This document shows, one piece after another, positions 37,692 through 47,175 of a stretch of 64,000 nt of DNA. The notes under the pieces are model-generated. The model ran no database searches, was not told the origin of the DNA, and saw nothing but the letters and a program-made list of their open reading frames with translations. The translations under genes and the position numbers were made by a program. Numbering within the stretch: position 1 is the stretch's first letter; every line of letters begins with the position of its first letter. Source of the DNA: Clostridiales bacterium (lineage in GTDB: Bacteria > Bacillota > Clostridia > Christensenellales > UBA3700); NCBI GenBank assembly GCA_015055975.1, contig SVHF01000001.1:6752-70751 (forward strand), in the 5' to 3' direction.

Positions 37692-38090
37692 ATGAAACTA
37701 TCAGCAAAAACAAGATATGGATTAAAAGTTATGTGTTATTTAGCAAAGGAAGAAGGCAAAGGCCCAATTTCTTTATCTACTATTGCACACGAAATTGAAG
37801 CTTCAGATAAATACATAGAACAAATCCTATTGGAATTAAGAAAGGCAAATCTTGTTAAAGCAACTAGAGGTGCAAATGGTGGTTATTTTGTAGAAGATTC
37901 TAAAGATATTACTGTTGGGGCAATAGTAAGAACTCTTGAAGATGATTTACTAATTGTTAATTGTGTATCAGACAATAACACATGTCCAAACAAGGCAAGT
38001 TGTCAAACTCACGTAGTTTGGGAAAATTTATATAATGAAATGAATAAGCTTTTAGACTCAATGTCTTTGCAAAGCATTATAAGGAAATAG
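37692..38090 (+). CDS. Rrf2-family transcriptional regulator (IscR/CymR-like)
   Basis: N-terminal HTH 'MKLSAKTRYGLKVMCYLA' and Cys triad 'CVSDNNTCPNKASC'. It precedes nifS-nifU. Confidence 0.85.
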   Translation: MKLSAKTRYGLKVMCYLAKEEGKGPISLSTIAHEIEASDKYIEQILLELRKANLVKATRGANGGYFVEDSKDITVGAIVRTLEDDLLIVNCVSDNNTCPNKASCQTHVVWENLYNEMNKLLDSMSLQSIIRK

Positions 38091-38092
38091 GT

Positions 38093-39286
38093 ATGAAAAA
38101 GATTTATTTAGATCATGGAGCAACAACAGCACTAGACAAAGAAGTATTAGATAAAATGCTTCCATATTTTTGTGACATATTTGGTAATGGTTCTTCTCAA
38201 CACTTTTTCGGTAGAGAAGCACTAGCTGCTATAGATAGCGCAAGAGAAGATGTAGCAAAAGCATTAAATTGCAAAAGCTCAGAAATCTATTTTGTTTCAG
38301 GAGGATCTGAAGCAGATAATATGGCAATTAAAGGTTATGCGCTAGCGCATAAAGATAAAGGCAATCATATTATTACAACAAAGATTGAGCACCCAGCTGT
38401 GTTAGAAACTTGCAGAAAATTAGAAAAATATGGTTTTGAAGTAACATATTTGGATGTAGATTCAGAAGGATTCGTAACAAAAGAACAATTAGAAGCTGCA
38501 ATAAAAGATTCTACAATCTTAGTTACTATCATGATGGTTAATAATGAAATTGGAACAATTGAGCCAATTAAAGAATTAGCAAAAGTTGCAAAAGCGCATA
38601 ATGTTGCATTCCATACAGATGCTGTTCAAGCAGCAGGAAATATCCCTGTAGATGTCCAAGATTTAGGTGTAGATATGTTATCTATATCTGCTCATAAATT
38701 CTATGGGCCAAAAGGTGTTGGCGTCCTATATAAAAGAAATGGTTTAAAAATCCAAAGATTTTTAGATGGTGGCGAACAAGAAAGAAATTTACGTGCATCA
38801 ACACTAAATACACCAGGTATTGTAGGCTGTGCAGAAGCGCTTAAAAAAGCAATTAAAAACATGGAAGAAAACAACAAAAAAGTTGCAAAAGTTCGTGACC
38901 ATTTTGTTGAAAGGGTTAAAAAAGAAATCCCATATATTTATTACAATGGGCCAAAGGATCATTCAAAGAGAATTCCAGGCAATTCAGATTTCTCATTTAT
39001 AGGAATTGAAGGTGAAGGAATATTATTCCACTTAGACATAAACGGAATAGCTGTATCTTCAGGAAGTGCATGCTCATCTGGATCTTTAGATCCAAGCCAC
39101 GTATTATTGGCTATAGGAATACCTATGGAAGTAGCACATGGTTCAATAAGATTTTCTTTCGGAAAAGAAAACACAATAGAGGATGCAGATTATACTGTTG
39201 ATGTATTAAAAAAGACAGTAGAGCAATTACGTTCTATGTCTCCAATTTACGAAGATTTAATAAAGGAGTTAAAGGGCAATGTATAA
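38093..39286 (+). CDS. nifS: Cysteine desulfurase (NifS/IscS type)
   Basis: PLP-lysine 'SISAHKFYGPKG' and active-site loop 'SSGSACSSG'. Confidence 0.93.
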   Translation: MKKIYLDHGATTALDKEVLDKMLPYFCDIFGNGSSQHFFGREALAAIDSAREDVAKALNCKSSEIYFVSGGSEADNMAIKGYALAHKDKGNHIITTKIEHPAVLETCRKLEKYGFEVTYLDVDSEGFVTKEQLEAAIKDSTILVTIMMVNNEIGTIEPIKELAKVAKAHNVAFHTDAVQAAGNIPVDVQDLGVDMLSISAHKFYGPKGVGVLYKRNGLKIQRFLDGGEQERNLRASTLNTPGIVGCAEALKKAIKNMEENNKKVAKVRDHFVERVKKEIPYIYYNGPKDHSKRIPGNSDFSFIGIEGEGILFHLDINGIAVSSGSACSSGSLDPSHVLLAIGIPMEVAHGSIRFSFGKENTIEDADYTVDVLKKTVEQLRSMSPIYEDLIKELKGNV

Positions 39287-39692
39287 CGAAGAAGTAATAA
39301 AAGAATTTCAAAACTTACAAAATGTAGGTGTAGTTGAAAACTACAACGCATACGGAAAAATTGGTAATGCAGCTTGTGGAGATATCATGGAAATGACAAT
39401 GTATATCAATCCAGAAACTGAAATAATTGAGCAAGTTGGCTTTAGAACATTTGGATGTGCAGCTGCTCAAGCAACTTCTTCACGTGCCACAACTTTAGTT
39501 AAGGGAAAGACAGTTCAAGAAGCTCTAGCTTTATCTAATAAAGCTGTTGTAGATTCTTTAGGTGGACTTCCTGCGCAAAAGATGCATTGTTCAGTTTTAG
39601 CTGAAGAAGCAATAAAAGCGTGTGTAGAAAATTATTTAGATAGAAAAGCTGGAAAAATAACAGATTCAAACGAACCAACAAAAATGGTTTAA
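39279..39692 (+). CDS. nifU: Fe-S cluster assembly scaffold NifU/IscU
   Basis: Three conserved Cys contexts: 'NAACGD', 'FGCAAA' and 'MHCS'. 137 aa, overlapping nifS by 8 nt. Confidence 0.9.
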   Translation: MYNEEVIKEFQNLQNVGVVENYNAYGKIGNAACGDIMEMTMYINPETEIIEQVGFRTFGCAAAQATSSRATTLVKGKTVQEALALSNKAVVDSLGGLPAQKMHCSVLAEEAIKACVENYLDRKAGKITDSNEPTKMV

Positions 39693-39713
39693 TAAAAATT
39701 CGACCAATCAAGC

Positions 39714-39740
39714 TCGCCCATGTAATGTGGGCGATATTTT
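39714..39740 (+). terminator. Rho-independent terminator of the Rrf2-nifS-nifU operon
   Basis: Stem tcgccca/tgggcga followed by tatttt. Confidence 0.7.
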
Positions 39741-39819
39741 AATATTTATATTATTTATTAGGCAATTAAATGTTTTAGTGCTATAATTGACTAGAATTAC
39801 ATTTTAGCGAGGTTTTTAT

Positions 39820-41031
39820 ATGGCTAAGAACATAATGGACACTTTAAGAGAAAGAGGATTCATAAAGCAAACTGTTTATGAAGACGAACTATACGAAATG
39901 CTAGGCAAAGAAAGTGTTCCTTTCTATATCGGATTTGACCCAACAGCAGATTCATTACACGTTGGTCACTTCTTAGCACTTATGGCAATGAGCCACATGC
40001 AAAAGGCTGGACATAAGCCAATTGTTTTAATCGGTGGCGGTACAGCAAAAATCGGTGACCCATCAGGCAGAACTGATATGCGCCAAATGATGACAAACGA
40101 TATTATCAACCACAACTGCGAATGCTTCAAGGTTCAAATGAGCAAATTCTTCTCATTCGAAGGGGACAATGCAGCTGTTATGGTAAACAATGCAGATTGG
40201 ATTGATAAATTAAACTTTATCGAATTCATTAGAGACATCGGTAGACACTTCTCAGTTAACCAAATGTTAACTGCTGAATGCTTTAAGCAAAGAATGGAAA
40301 GAGGTTTATCTTTCCTTGAATTCAACTATATGCCACTTCAAGCATACGATTTCTTATACCTATATCAAAAATATGGTTGTAAGCTAGAATGCGGTGGTGA
40401 TGACCAATGGTCAAACATCTTAGCTGGTGCAAACCTAATTAGAGTTAAAGAACATAAGCCAGCGTTTGCTATGACTTTCCAACTACTTACAACATCTGAA
40501 GGTAAGAAGATGGGTAAGACTCAAAAGGGAGCTGTATGGCTAGATCCTGCAAAGACATCTCCATATGAATTCTATCAATACTGGAGAAATATTGGCGATC
40601 AAGATGTAGAAAAGTGCTTAAAGCTATTAACATTTATGCCACTTGATGAAATCAAGGAATTATGCAAATTCCAAGACGAAAGAATCAATGAAGCAAAGAA
40701 GAGATTAGCATTTGAAGTAACAAAGATAGTTCATGGAGAAGATGAAGCAAATAAGGCTCAATCTCAAGCTGAAGCAGCATTTGGCGGAGCTAGTGATGAT
40801 CTTCCAGAAAAGAAAGTTCCAAAGGAATGCGTAAATATCTGTGATATTTTAGTATCTATTGGTGCTTGTAAGTCAAAGAGCGAAGCAAGATCAATTATCG
40901 CTGGTGGCGGTGTAAAGATTGAAGATATGCAAGTTCCAGACTTCTCATACAACGTAACAGACGAAATGTTACAAAACGGTTTTATCCTACATAAGGGTAA
41001 GAAGGTACACGTAAGAGTACTTGCTGAATAA
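39820..41031 (+). CDS. tyrS: Tyrosine--tRNA ligase
   Basis: Class I motifs 'LHVGHF' and 'KMGKT', with a C-terminal S4-like domain. 403 aa. Confidence 0.95.
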   Translation: MAKNIMDTLRERGFIKQTVYEDELYEMLGKESVPFYIGFDPTADSLHVGHFLALMAMSHMQKAGHKPIVLIGGGTAKIGDPSGRTDMRQMMTNDIINHNCECFKVQMSKFFSFEGDNAAVMVNNADWIDKLNFIEFIRDIGRHFSVNQMLTAECFKQRMERGLSFLEFNYMPLQAYDFLYLYQKYGCKLECGGDDQWSNILAGANLIRVKEHKPAFAMTFQLLTTSEGKKMGKTQKGAVWLDPAKTSPYEFYQYWRNIGDQDVEKCLKLLTFMPLDEIKELCKFQDERINEAKKRLAFEVTKIVHGEDEANKAQSQAEAAFGGASDDLPEKKVPKECVNICDILVSIGACKSKSEARSIIAGGGVKIEDMQVPDFSYNVTDEMLQNGFILHKGKKVHVRVLAE

Positions 41032-41666
41032 TGGGATATAAAGCGGTCGATAAAGAATTTGAAGAATTAATCGTAATTCAAAAGTCCAAGTTTATCACGA
41101 CGCTTGTTCCTATAACATCGCAAGAAGATGCGATTGAGAAACTTAACATAATAAAGAAAAAATACTCAGATGCTACGCATAATTGTTATGCTTACATCTC
41201 AAGCGAAAACGCAATAGAGCAACGCTTTTCAGATGATGGAGAACCTCAAGGAACAGCCGGCGTGCCAATGCTTGAAGTCCTAAAAAAAAGAGGCGTATAC
41301 ATGACGCTTTGCGTAGTTACAAGATATTTTGGCGGGATTAAACTTGGAGCAAATGGTTTAATTGGTGCGTATTCATCTTGCGTAGCAAGTGCTATTGACA
41401 AGGCTGAAATAGTAGAGTATAAAATTAGTAATAGCGTTGATGTGGATATTGATTATTCAATATACAAAAAAGTACAAGAAGCCATAGAAAAGAGCGATGG
41501 CCAAGTACAAAATGTTGAATATAATGATAGCGTAAAAATTCAATGCATAATTCCAGTAGAGAATTATGAAAACGCAGAAAAAGAGATAATTAACATCACA
41601 TCAGGGCAAGCAAAAATAGTAATAAAAAACACGAAATATAATAAATTTGTAGAGGCGAAAAAATGA
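41031..41666 (+). CDS. yigZ: YigZ/IMPACT-family protein (UPF0029)
   Basis: 'KSKFITTL...HNCYAYI...FSDDGEPQGTAGVPML', which is typical of the YigZ N-domain. Confidence 0.8.
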   Translation: MGYKAVDKEFEELIVIQKSKFITTLVPITSQEDAIEKLNIIKKKYSDATHNCYAYISSENAIEQRFSDDGEPQGTAGVPMLEVLKKRGVYMTLCVVTRYFGGIKLGANGLIGAYSSCVASAIDKAEIVEYKISNSVDVDIDYSIYKKVQEAIEKSDGQVQNVEYNDSVKIQCIIPVENYENAEKEIINITSGQAKIVIKNTKYNKFVEAKK

Positions 41667-42718
41667 AAATCACATTAACAAAAAATCCAAAGCAAAAACC
41701 AGACTTTTCTAATTTAGGATTTGGTAAGTATTTTACTGACCATATGCTACTTATGGAATACAAAGATGGCGCATGGGGTGAAATTGAAATTCGTCCATTC
41801 GAGCCATTTGCAATGAGTCCAGCATCAAATATTTTGCACTACGCTCAAGGTATTTTTGAAGGCGCTAAGGCTTACAAGAATGACAAGGGTGAAATCACAG
41901 TTTTCAGAATTGATGATAACTTTACAAGAATGAACAATTCTGCAAAGAGACTTTGCATGCCAACATTTGATTCAGCTAAAGTAAAAGAAGCTCTATTTGA
42001 ATTACTTAAGATTGAAAAAGATTGGATTCCAACAGCTAAGGGAACAGCTCTATATATTAGACCTACAATGATTGCTGACCAACCAGTACTTGGTGTTCAT
42101 GCATCTCATGTATATAAATTCTTCATTATCCTATCACCAGTAGGTTCTTACTATGCACACGGCTTACAACCAACTAAGATTTTAGTTGAAGAACACTATG
42201 TTCGTGCTGCTATCGGTGGTACAGGTGAAGCTAAGTGTATGGGTAACTATGCTTGCTCATTACTTGGTGGTGAAGAAGCTAATAAGAAAGGATATGATCA
42301 ATGTCTATGGTTAGATGCTGCTGAGCATAAGTATGTAGAAGAAGTAGGTTCAATGAACATGTTCTTCGTTATCGATGGCGTAGTAGTAACTCCAGCATTA
42401 GTTGGTTCAATCCTTCCTGGTATCACAAGAAGATCTGTTATCGAAGTTTTGAAAGCTCACAATATGCCAGTTGAAGAAAGAAGAATCTCTATGGATGAAA
42501 TCGAAAAGGCATATGATGAAGGCAGATTAAATGAAAGCTTTGGTTCTGGTACAGCTGCTGTTATTTCTCCAGTTGGTACATTATGTTATCATGGTAGAGA
42601 TATGATCATCAACAATGGTAAAATGGGTAAGATTACTCAATTCCTATATGATGAAATCACAGGTATCCAAAACAGAACAAAAGAAGATACATTTGGTTGG
42701 GTAACAAAGGTTAACTAA
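41663..42718 (+). CDS. ilvE: Branched-chain amino acid aminotransferase
   Basis: Class IV aminotransferase, 351 aa. 'GTGEAKCMGNYA' and 'LPGITRRS'. Confidence 0.92.
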   Translation: MKITLTKNPKQKPDFSNLGFGKYFTDHMLLMEYKDGAWGEIEIRPFEPFAMSPASNILHYAQGIFEGAKAYKNDKGEITVFRIDDNFTRMNNSAKRLCMPTFDSAKVKEALFELLKIEKDWIPTAKGTALYIRPTMIADQPVLGVHASHVYKFFIILSPVGSYYAHGLQPTKILVEEHYVRAAIGGTGEAKCMGNYACSLLGGEEANKKGYDQCLWLDAAEHKYVEEVGSMNMFFVIDGVVVTPALVGSILPGITRRSVIEVLKAHNMPVEERRISMDEIEKAYDEGRLNESFGSGTAAVISPVGTLCYHGRDMIINNGKMGKITQFLYDEITGIQNRTKEDTFGWVTKVN

Positions 42719-42736
42719 TAAACTAGTTTATTAAAG

Positions 42737-42775
42737 CAAAAAAATGGAGCAGTTTTAACTGCTCCAATTTTTATT
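42737..42775. terminator. Bidirectional terminator between convergent ilvE and degV
   Basis: Stem ggagcag/ctgctcc, flanked by an A run (5') and a T run (3'). Confidence 0.75.
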
Positions 42776-42788
42776 GTTTTTGTAATTT

Positions 42789-43673
42789 CTATTTAAGAAT
42801 ATCCTCTCTGTTTGAACCAAGATAGATAATGACAATCATACCTTTTCCTACGTGTGTTCCAATAGCTGGACCTACGTCGAAAGTAATTGTCTTATATCCT
42901 AAATCTTGAATTAAACCATTGATAAAATCTCTATCTTCTGGAGCATCTGCAGCACCAACGCCAACATAAATGTCATCGCCTGGCTTTACAGCATTCTTTT
43001 GCATTGTCTCAATCATAGTCTTTATAGCTTTCTTTTGAGAAATAACCTTTGTGTATGGAATTAATCTTCCATCGTTTGGAATGTATAGAACTGGCTTAAT
43101 GTGAAGAGCAGTTCCTAAGAATGCTTCATTTTTAGATGCACGACCTGTTCTGCATAGGTGATTTAAATCATCGATAGCAAATAGGTGGTTAATATTTAAT
43201 TTTGTATCTTCTGCATATTTAACTAGTTCATCATAAGATAAACCTTTATCTTTTTGTAAAAGTGTGTAATATGCAAGTAAGCCTTGTCCAAAACATGCAG
43301 CTAGAGAATCGATAACAGTAATTTTTCTGTCAGGGAATTTTTCTTGGCAAGCCTTAGCAGCCATTCTAGCTTGTTCAACTGTTCCAGATAAAGCGCTATC
43401 TAGAGCAAGGTGAATGATATCATTTCCTTTTTCTAAATACTCTGTAAAGAATTCTTCATATACAAATGCTGGGATTTGTGAAGTTTGTGGTAGATCAGAT
43501 GCAGTTTTTGCTCTTGCAACTACCTCATAGAACTCGTGTGGAGTTAATTTGTTTTCAACGCCATCGTAAGCAATACCATTTACAGTATAACCAATTTGTA
43601 AAATTTTAATGTCATCTCTTAGTATTGATTCTGGGTAATCTGCTGTTGATTCAATTGTAACTAAAATACTCAT
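42789..43673 (-). CDS. DegV-family fatty-acid-binding protein
   Basis: 294 aa. 'IHLALDSALSGT' and the overall DegV pattern. SD 'aaggag'. Confidence 0.85.
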   Translation of the reverse strand: MSILVTIESTADYPESILRDDIKILQIGYTVNGIAYDGVENKLTPHEFYEVVARAKTASDLPQTSQIPAFVYEEFFTEYLEKGNDIIHLALDSALSGTVEQARMAAKACQEKFPDRKITVIDSLAACFGQGLLAYYTLLQKDKGLSYDELVKYAEDTKLNINHLFAIDDLNHLCRTGRASKNEAFLGTALHIKPVLYIPNDGRLIPYTKVISQKKAIKTMIETMQKNAVKPGDDIYVGVGAADAPEDRDFINGLIQDLGYKTITFDVGPAIGTHVGKGMIVIIYLGSNREDILK

Positions 43674-43889
43674 ATGTAGTCTCCTTTTATTTCTAGCAAT
43701 ATTCTATATGAATAGCCTTGCAATGTCAAATTGTAATCTTTCTTGGCAATTTAAGATTACTTTTAGGCACATATAATAATTATTAGAAATAAACGCATAT
43801 ATGCGAGGTAGAAAATATTTTTACTTGCGTTTTATGGGTTTATATAATAAAATACATTTGTTAAATAAATAAACGTGAGGAGTTTAATT

Positions 43890-45059
43890 ATGAAGAAGAG
43901 AGACGAAATCGATGATGAAATCTTAGACGACGAAGAATTTCTAGATGATGACGAAGAAGTTTTAGACGACGATGAAATTCTAGATGACGAAGAACTTGAA
44001 GAAGAGGAAGACGAAAAGCCAGCTAAGAAGGCTAAGAAGGTTTCAGCTTCTAATAAGGGTGGAAAGAAAAAGTTAGGTAAGGGCGCAAAGGCCGGCATTA
44101 TTGTTGGTTCAGTTGTTGCATTCTTAGCAATTGCTGCAGTTTTAGTAATTTGGGTAATATTCCCAATGTTAAGTGCAAAGATTGACCCTAACGCTTCATA
44201 TCAAGGTATCATTGGTAACACAAAGCCAACAGGAGTTACAGCAGTTGAAGAAGTTAACTCTAACATGAAGACAATGGAAATGCTAAATGCTGCTCTAAAG
44301 AACTATGATGCAGTTGATTATGCAGCTAACATTTGTGTAGTTGGTGGTGTTTCTACAAGAGTTGGCCCTATCCCAGTTGACCAAGCCGTTCAATCAATGA
44401 AGATCAGAGTTGGTAAAGCTAGTGATTCTAACGTTCAATATTTTGGCAGAAGTGTATCTTATGGATTTACTCAAATGGCCGAAGAGTATTACACGAAGAA
44501 CCTAAATTCAGATAAGGTTTATTATAGAAAAGGCTCAAAAATTGATAAGAGCAATGGTAATGTTAAATCTTGGAATGAAACAGAAGAATATGCTGATTTT
44601 GATGCTTTCAAAGAAGCAAAGACAACAGACTTCACAGCTATTTGGTCATATGATGTTACAGATAAGACTGTTACATCAGAAACTAAATCTTCTAAGCCAA
44701 CATACGATAAGAAAGAAGGCTACTATGTATTAAAGGTTGCCGTAGATATTACAAACGAAGCTGCTATTGCAGAATATAAAAAAGTTATGGAATATCAATT
44801 ATCTAAAAACATGAATGCAGACGTACTTGGCTTAACTTTCACAACATTGGAATTTGAAATTGGTGTTTGGGATAATGGCTTCATTAGATATATTGGTATT
44901 AAAGAAAGCTATAATATGACTTTAAGCATGAGCGGTTTAAAGGTTCCTGGAGTTAACATCAGCAACTCTTACATGAACGAATATTCATATGATAAGAATG
45001 AAAAGATTCCATACCAAGGCGAGAATAAGTCTTATAAGGATATATTCAATTTATTCTAG
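43890..45059 (+). CDS. Hypothetical single-pass membrane protein with a periodic acidic cytoplasmic tail and a ~290-aa extracytoplasmic domain
   Basis: ATG 43890 (SD 'gtgaggag'). The N-terminus is 'DDEILDDEEFLDDDEEVLDDDEILDDEELEEEEDE', followed by a K-rich stretch and the TM helix 'GIIVGSVVAFLAIAAVLVIWVIF'. No recognised domain. Confidence 0.6.
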   Translation: MKKRDEIDDEILDDEEFLDDDEEVLDDDEILDDEELEEEEDEKPAKKAKKVSASNKGGKKKLGKGAKAGIIVGSVVAFLAIAAVLVIWVIFPMLSAKIDPNASYQGIIGNTKPTGVTAVEEVNSNMKTMEMLNAALKNYDAVDYAANICVVGGVSTRVGPIPVDQAVQSMKIRVGKASDSNVQYFGRSVSYGFTQMAEEYYTKNLNSDKVYYRKGSKIDKSNGNVKSWNETEEYADFDAFKEAKTTDFTAIWSYDVTDKTVTSETKSSKPTYDKKEGYYVLKVAVDITNEAAIAEYKKVMEYQLSKNMNADVLGLTFTTLEFEIGVWDNGFIRYIGIKESYNMTLSMSGLKVPGVNISNSYMNEYSYDKNEKIPYQGENKSYKDIFNLF

Positions 45060-45078
45060 TATTAATTAAAACCAATTA

Positions 45079-45107
45079 TGGGCTTGGGAGACCAAGCCCA
45101 TTTTTTT
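45079..45107 (+). terminator. Rho-independent terminator
   Basis: Stem tgggcttgg/ccaagccca, loop gaga, then T7. Confidence 0.85.
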
Positions 45108-45168
45108 ATCACTAAAAATGATGTATACTAAATTTAGGCCTATTGCAATTAATGTAGGAGGAAAGGTT

Positions 45169-46140
45169 ATGAATATTTCAAGTAGAACGAAAGGCATTTT
45201 ATGCCTATTGTTATGTTTTGTTATTTTGTTTTGTGCAGCAGGAGTGCTATTCTTAAATGAAGAGAATGCAAAAGTATACGCTGAAAATGCTTTAACGCCA
45301 TCGGATTCGATGACTTCTTCTAATGAATATGGGCTTTATTCAACAGTACTAGATGTAGAGAATGAAATAAAGAACAATGTGAAAGCAAGGGTAAAAGCAA
45401 ATTATAATGCGTGGCTGGTGAATATTGAAAATATGTCGCCAAATCCAGGTTTAACGATTTCAATTCCGAATTATAATCAAACGACATTAAATAGCGTGTT
45501 CAATGGTAATACCACAACCTATACTGGGACGTGCACTATTGTGGCAATGGTTGAAGTCTTAGAGGCTTTATCTGCGTTATGTGACGATGAATACGATTTG
45601 TCAGAATCTACAAATGATAGATTCGCCAATTTAATGTATTATTCTTTACAAGCTGGGAATGAATATAGTTCAACTAATCCAGGCACACATTACGAAACTT
45701 TCGCACCAATAATGTCGAATTATTTACATTCGAAATTGCCTGAAGTCAATATGGCGTATTATCAAATGCCATATTCTTATAATGAGGCAATAGGAGTTAG
45801 TGGATTTGCTTCAATAGAATATGTTAATGCTAACACTGTTGTTCCATTGTCAATTCTGTCTATAGAAAATTACAATGGGACTGAAGCTCATTCAATGGCG
45901 TTGTCTGGAGTAATAGATTATACAGTAAATTATCGATATTTTCCCCAAAAAGGGCCAAATGTCTTGAGCGGGATTGCTGGGACAATGCATTATACTATTT
46001 TTATCGTTTGTGATGGCCACACGGATAGTTCTAATGGTCAGTTTGGCTCAAATTATAAATATGTTGTGATGGACTATAATGTATCTTTGTATATTTTTAC
46101 ATTCCATTGGGATTATTTAGTAACAGGATTGAGTTTTTAA
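45169..46140 (+). CDS. Hypothetical secreted/anchored protein (possible Cys-His peptidase-like fold; speculative)
   Basis: ATG 45169 (SD 'aggagga'). N-terminal hydrophobic signal/anchor. The candidate nucleophile context 'TGTCTIVAM' and the later 'GTEAHSMALSG' are the only hints of function. Confidence 0.5.
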   Translation: MNISSRTKGILCLLLCFVILFCAAGVLFLNEENAKVYAENALTPSDSMTSSNEYGLYSTVLDVENEIKNNVKARVKANYNAWLVNIENMSPNPGLTISIPNYNQTTLNSVFNGNTTTYTGTCTIVAMVEVLEALSALCDDEYDLSESTNDRFANLMYYSLQAGNEYSSTNPGTHYETFAPIMSNYLHSKLPEVNMAYYQMPYSYNEAIGVSGFASIEYVNANTVVPLSILSIENYNGTEAHSMALSGVIDYTVNYRYFPQKGPNVLSGIAGTMHYTIFIVCDGHTDSSNGQFGSNYKYVVMDYNVSLYIFTFHWDYLVTGLSF

Positions 46141-46161
46141 TAATAAGGTTGCAATGGGCTT

Positions 46162-46186
46162 ATGGTGCCATCTGGCACCATTTTTA
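46162..46186 (+). terminator. Rho-independent terminator
   Basis: Stem atggtgcc/ggcaccat followed by ttttt. Confidence 0.8.
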
Positions 46187-46248
46187 TTTAATGCAATTTA
46201 TATAAATAAATAATAAAATATGATACAATATCTATTAGTGGAGGAACT

Positions 46249-47175
46249 ATGACTAAAGAAAGAAAAATATCTATTATCTGTCACTCTATAGCATTTTCTA
46301 TTGTCGTTGCGTTGATGATATTCTTGTGCTTTAAGAATGAAGATGGAATTTATTATGATTTAGCAATTGATCATGCCATAGGGGATGCGACAAACGGATT
46401 TGGTATATTCTTTGTAATTGTCGGGGAGTATCCACAATACATATTAGCTCCAATTTCTGGAACAATTATGTTCTATGCAGCTGATTCTATAAAAGAAAAT
46501 AAAAAGAGAATTGCGCTAAAGATATTTGGCTGTGTAACCGTGGCTCTTGGATTCTTTATTTGGATTTCAATGGGGACAAAGGTTGCTAAGATTCCAATTC
46601 TTCCTGCATTTGGCGTATTTGGCGCATTATTTTATGGCTCAATATGTTTAGGCGTAGGCGCGCTTGTAGATAAGCAAGAAATGTCAAGATTATTGAAGTT
46701 TGCGCTATTTGCAATAACATTTGTTATTACTGCATATCTTGTTATGACAATAATGAAAGAATTATGGAGCAGAATGAGATATAGAGATATGTTAAAAGAA
46801 GGAAACTTTGATGGTTTTACTCCATGGTTTAAATTAAACGTTGGTAGAACAAACAAAGTAGAAGGATATGAATATACTTCATTCCCATCTGGACACACTT
46901 CATCAGCTACATGTATCTTTGCAATTTGTGTTCTTCCAGATTTGTATGAAAAATTGAACAAAAAGTGGATTAGATATTCTTTATATGGTGTATCTACAGC
47001 ATTTACTGTGATTGTCGCTATATCTAGATTAGTAAATACAGCGCACTTCTTATCTGACGTTTTGATTGGTGGTGCTGTAACATATGGCATATTCTATCTA
47101 TTGAAATATTTATTCTTTAGAAACGGTTATGTCTTTAAACAAGAGGAGACAACAAATGACAACATTCAAGAATAA
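46249..47175 (+). CDS. PAP2-family membrane phosphatase
   Basis: Polytopic. PAP2 motifs 'SFPSGHTSSA' and 'SRLVNTAHFLSDV'. Confidence 0.8.
   Translation: MTKERKISIICHSIAFSIVVALMIFLCFKNEDGIYYDLAIDHAIGDATNGFGIFFVIVGEYPQYILAPISGTIMFYAADSIKENKKRIALKIFGCVTVALGFFIWISMGTKVAKIPILPAFGVFGALFYGSICLGVGALVDKQEMSRLLKFALFAITFVITAYLVMTIMKELWSRMRYRDMLKEGNFDGFTPWFKLNVGRTNKVEGYEYTSFPSGHTSSATCIFAICVLPDLYEKLNKKWIRYSLYGVSTAFTVIVAISRLVNTAHFLSDVLIGGAVTYGIFYLLKYLFFRNGYVFKQEETTNDNIQE

Noticed and set aside
43832-44098. 88-aa minus-strand ORF with a long poly-Ser run
   Set aside because: It is the antisense reading of the GAT/GAA/GAC-rich acidic tail of the + strand gene (43890-45059). It has no SD and is a low-complexity mirror artefact.
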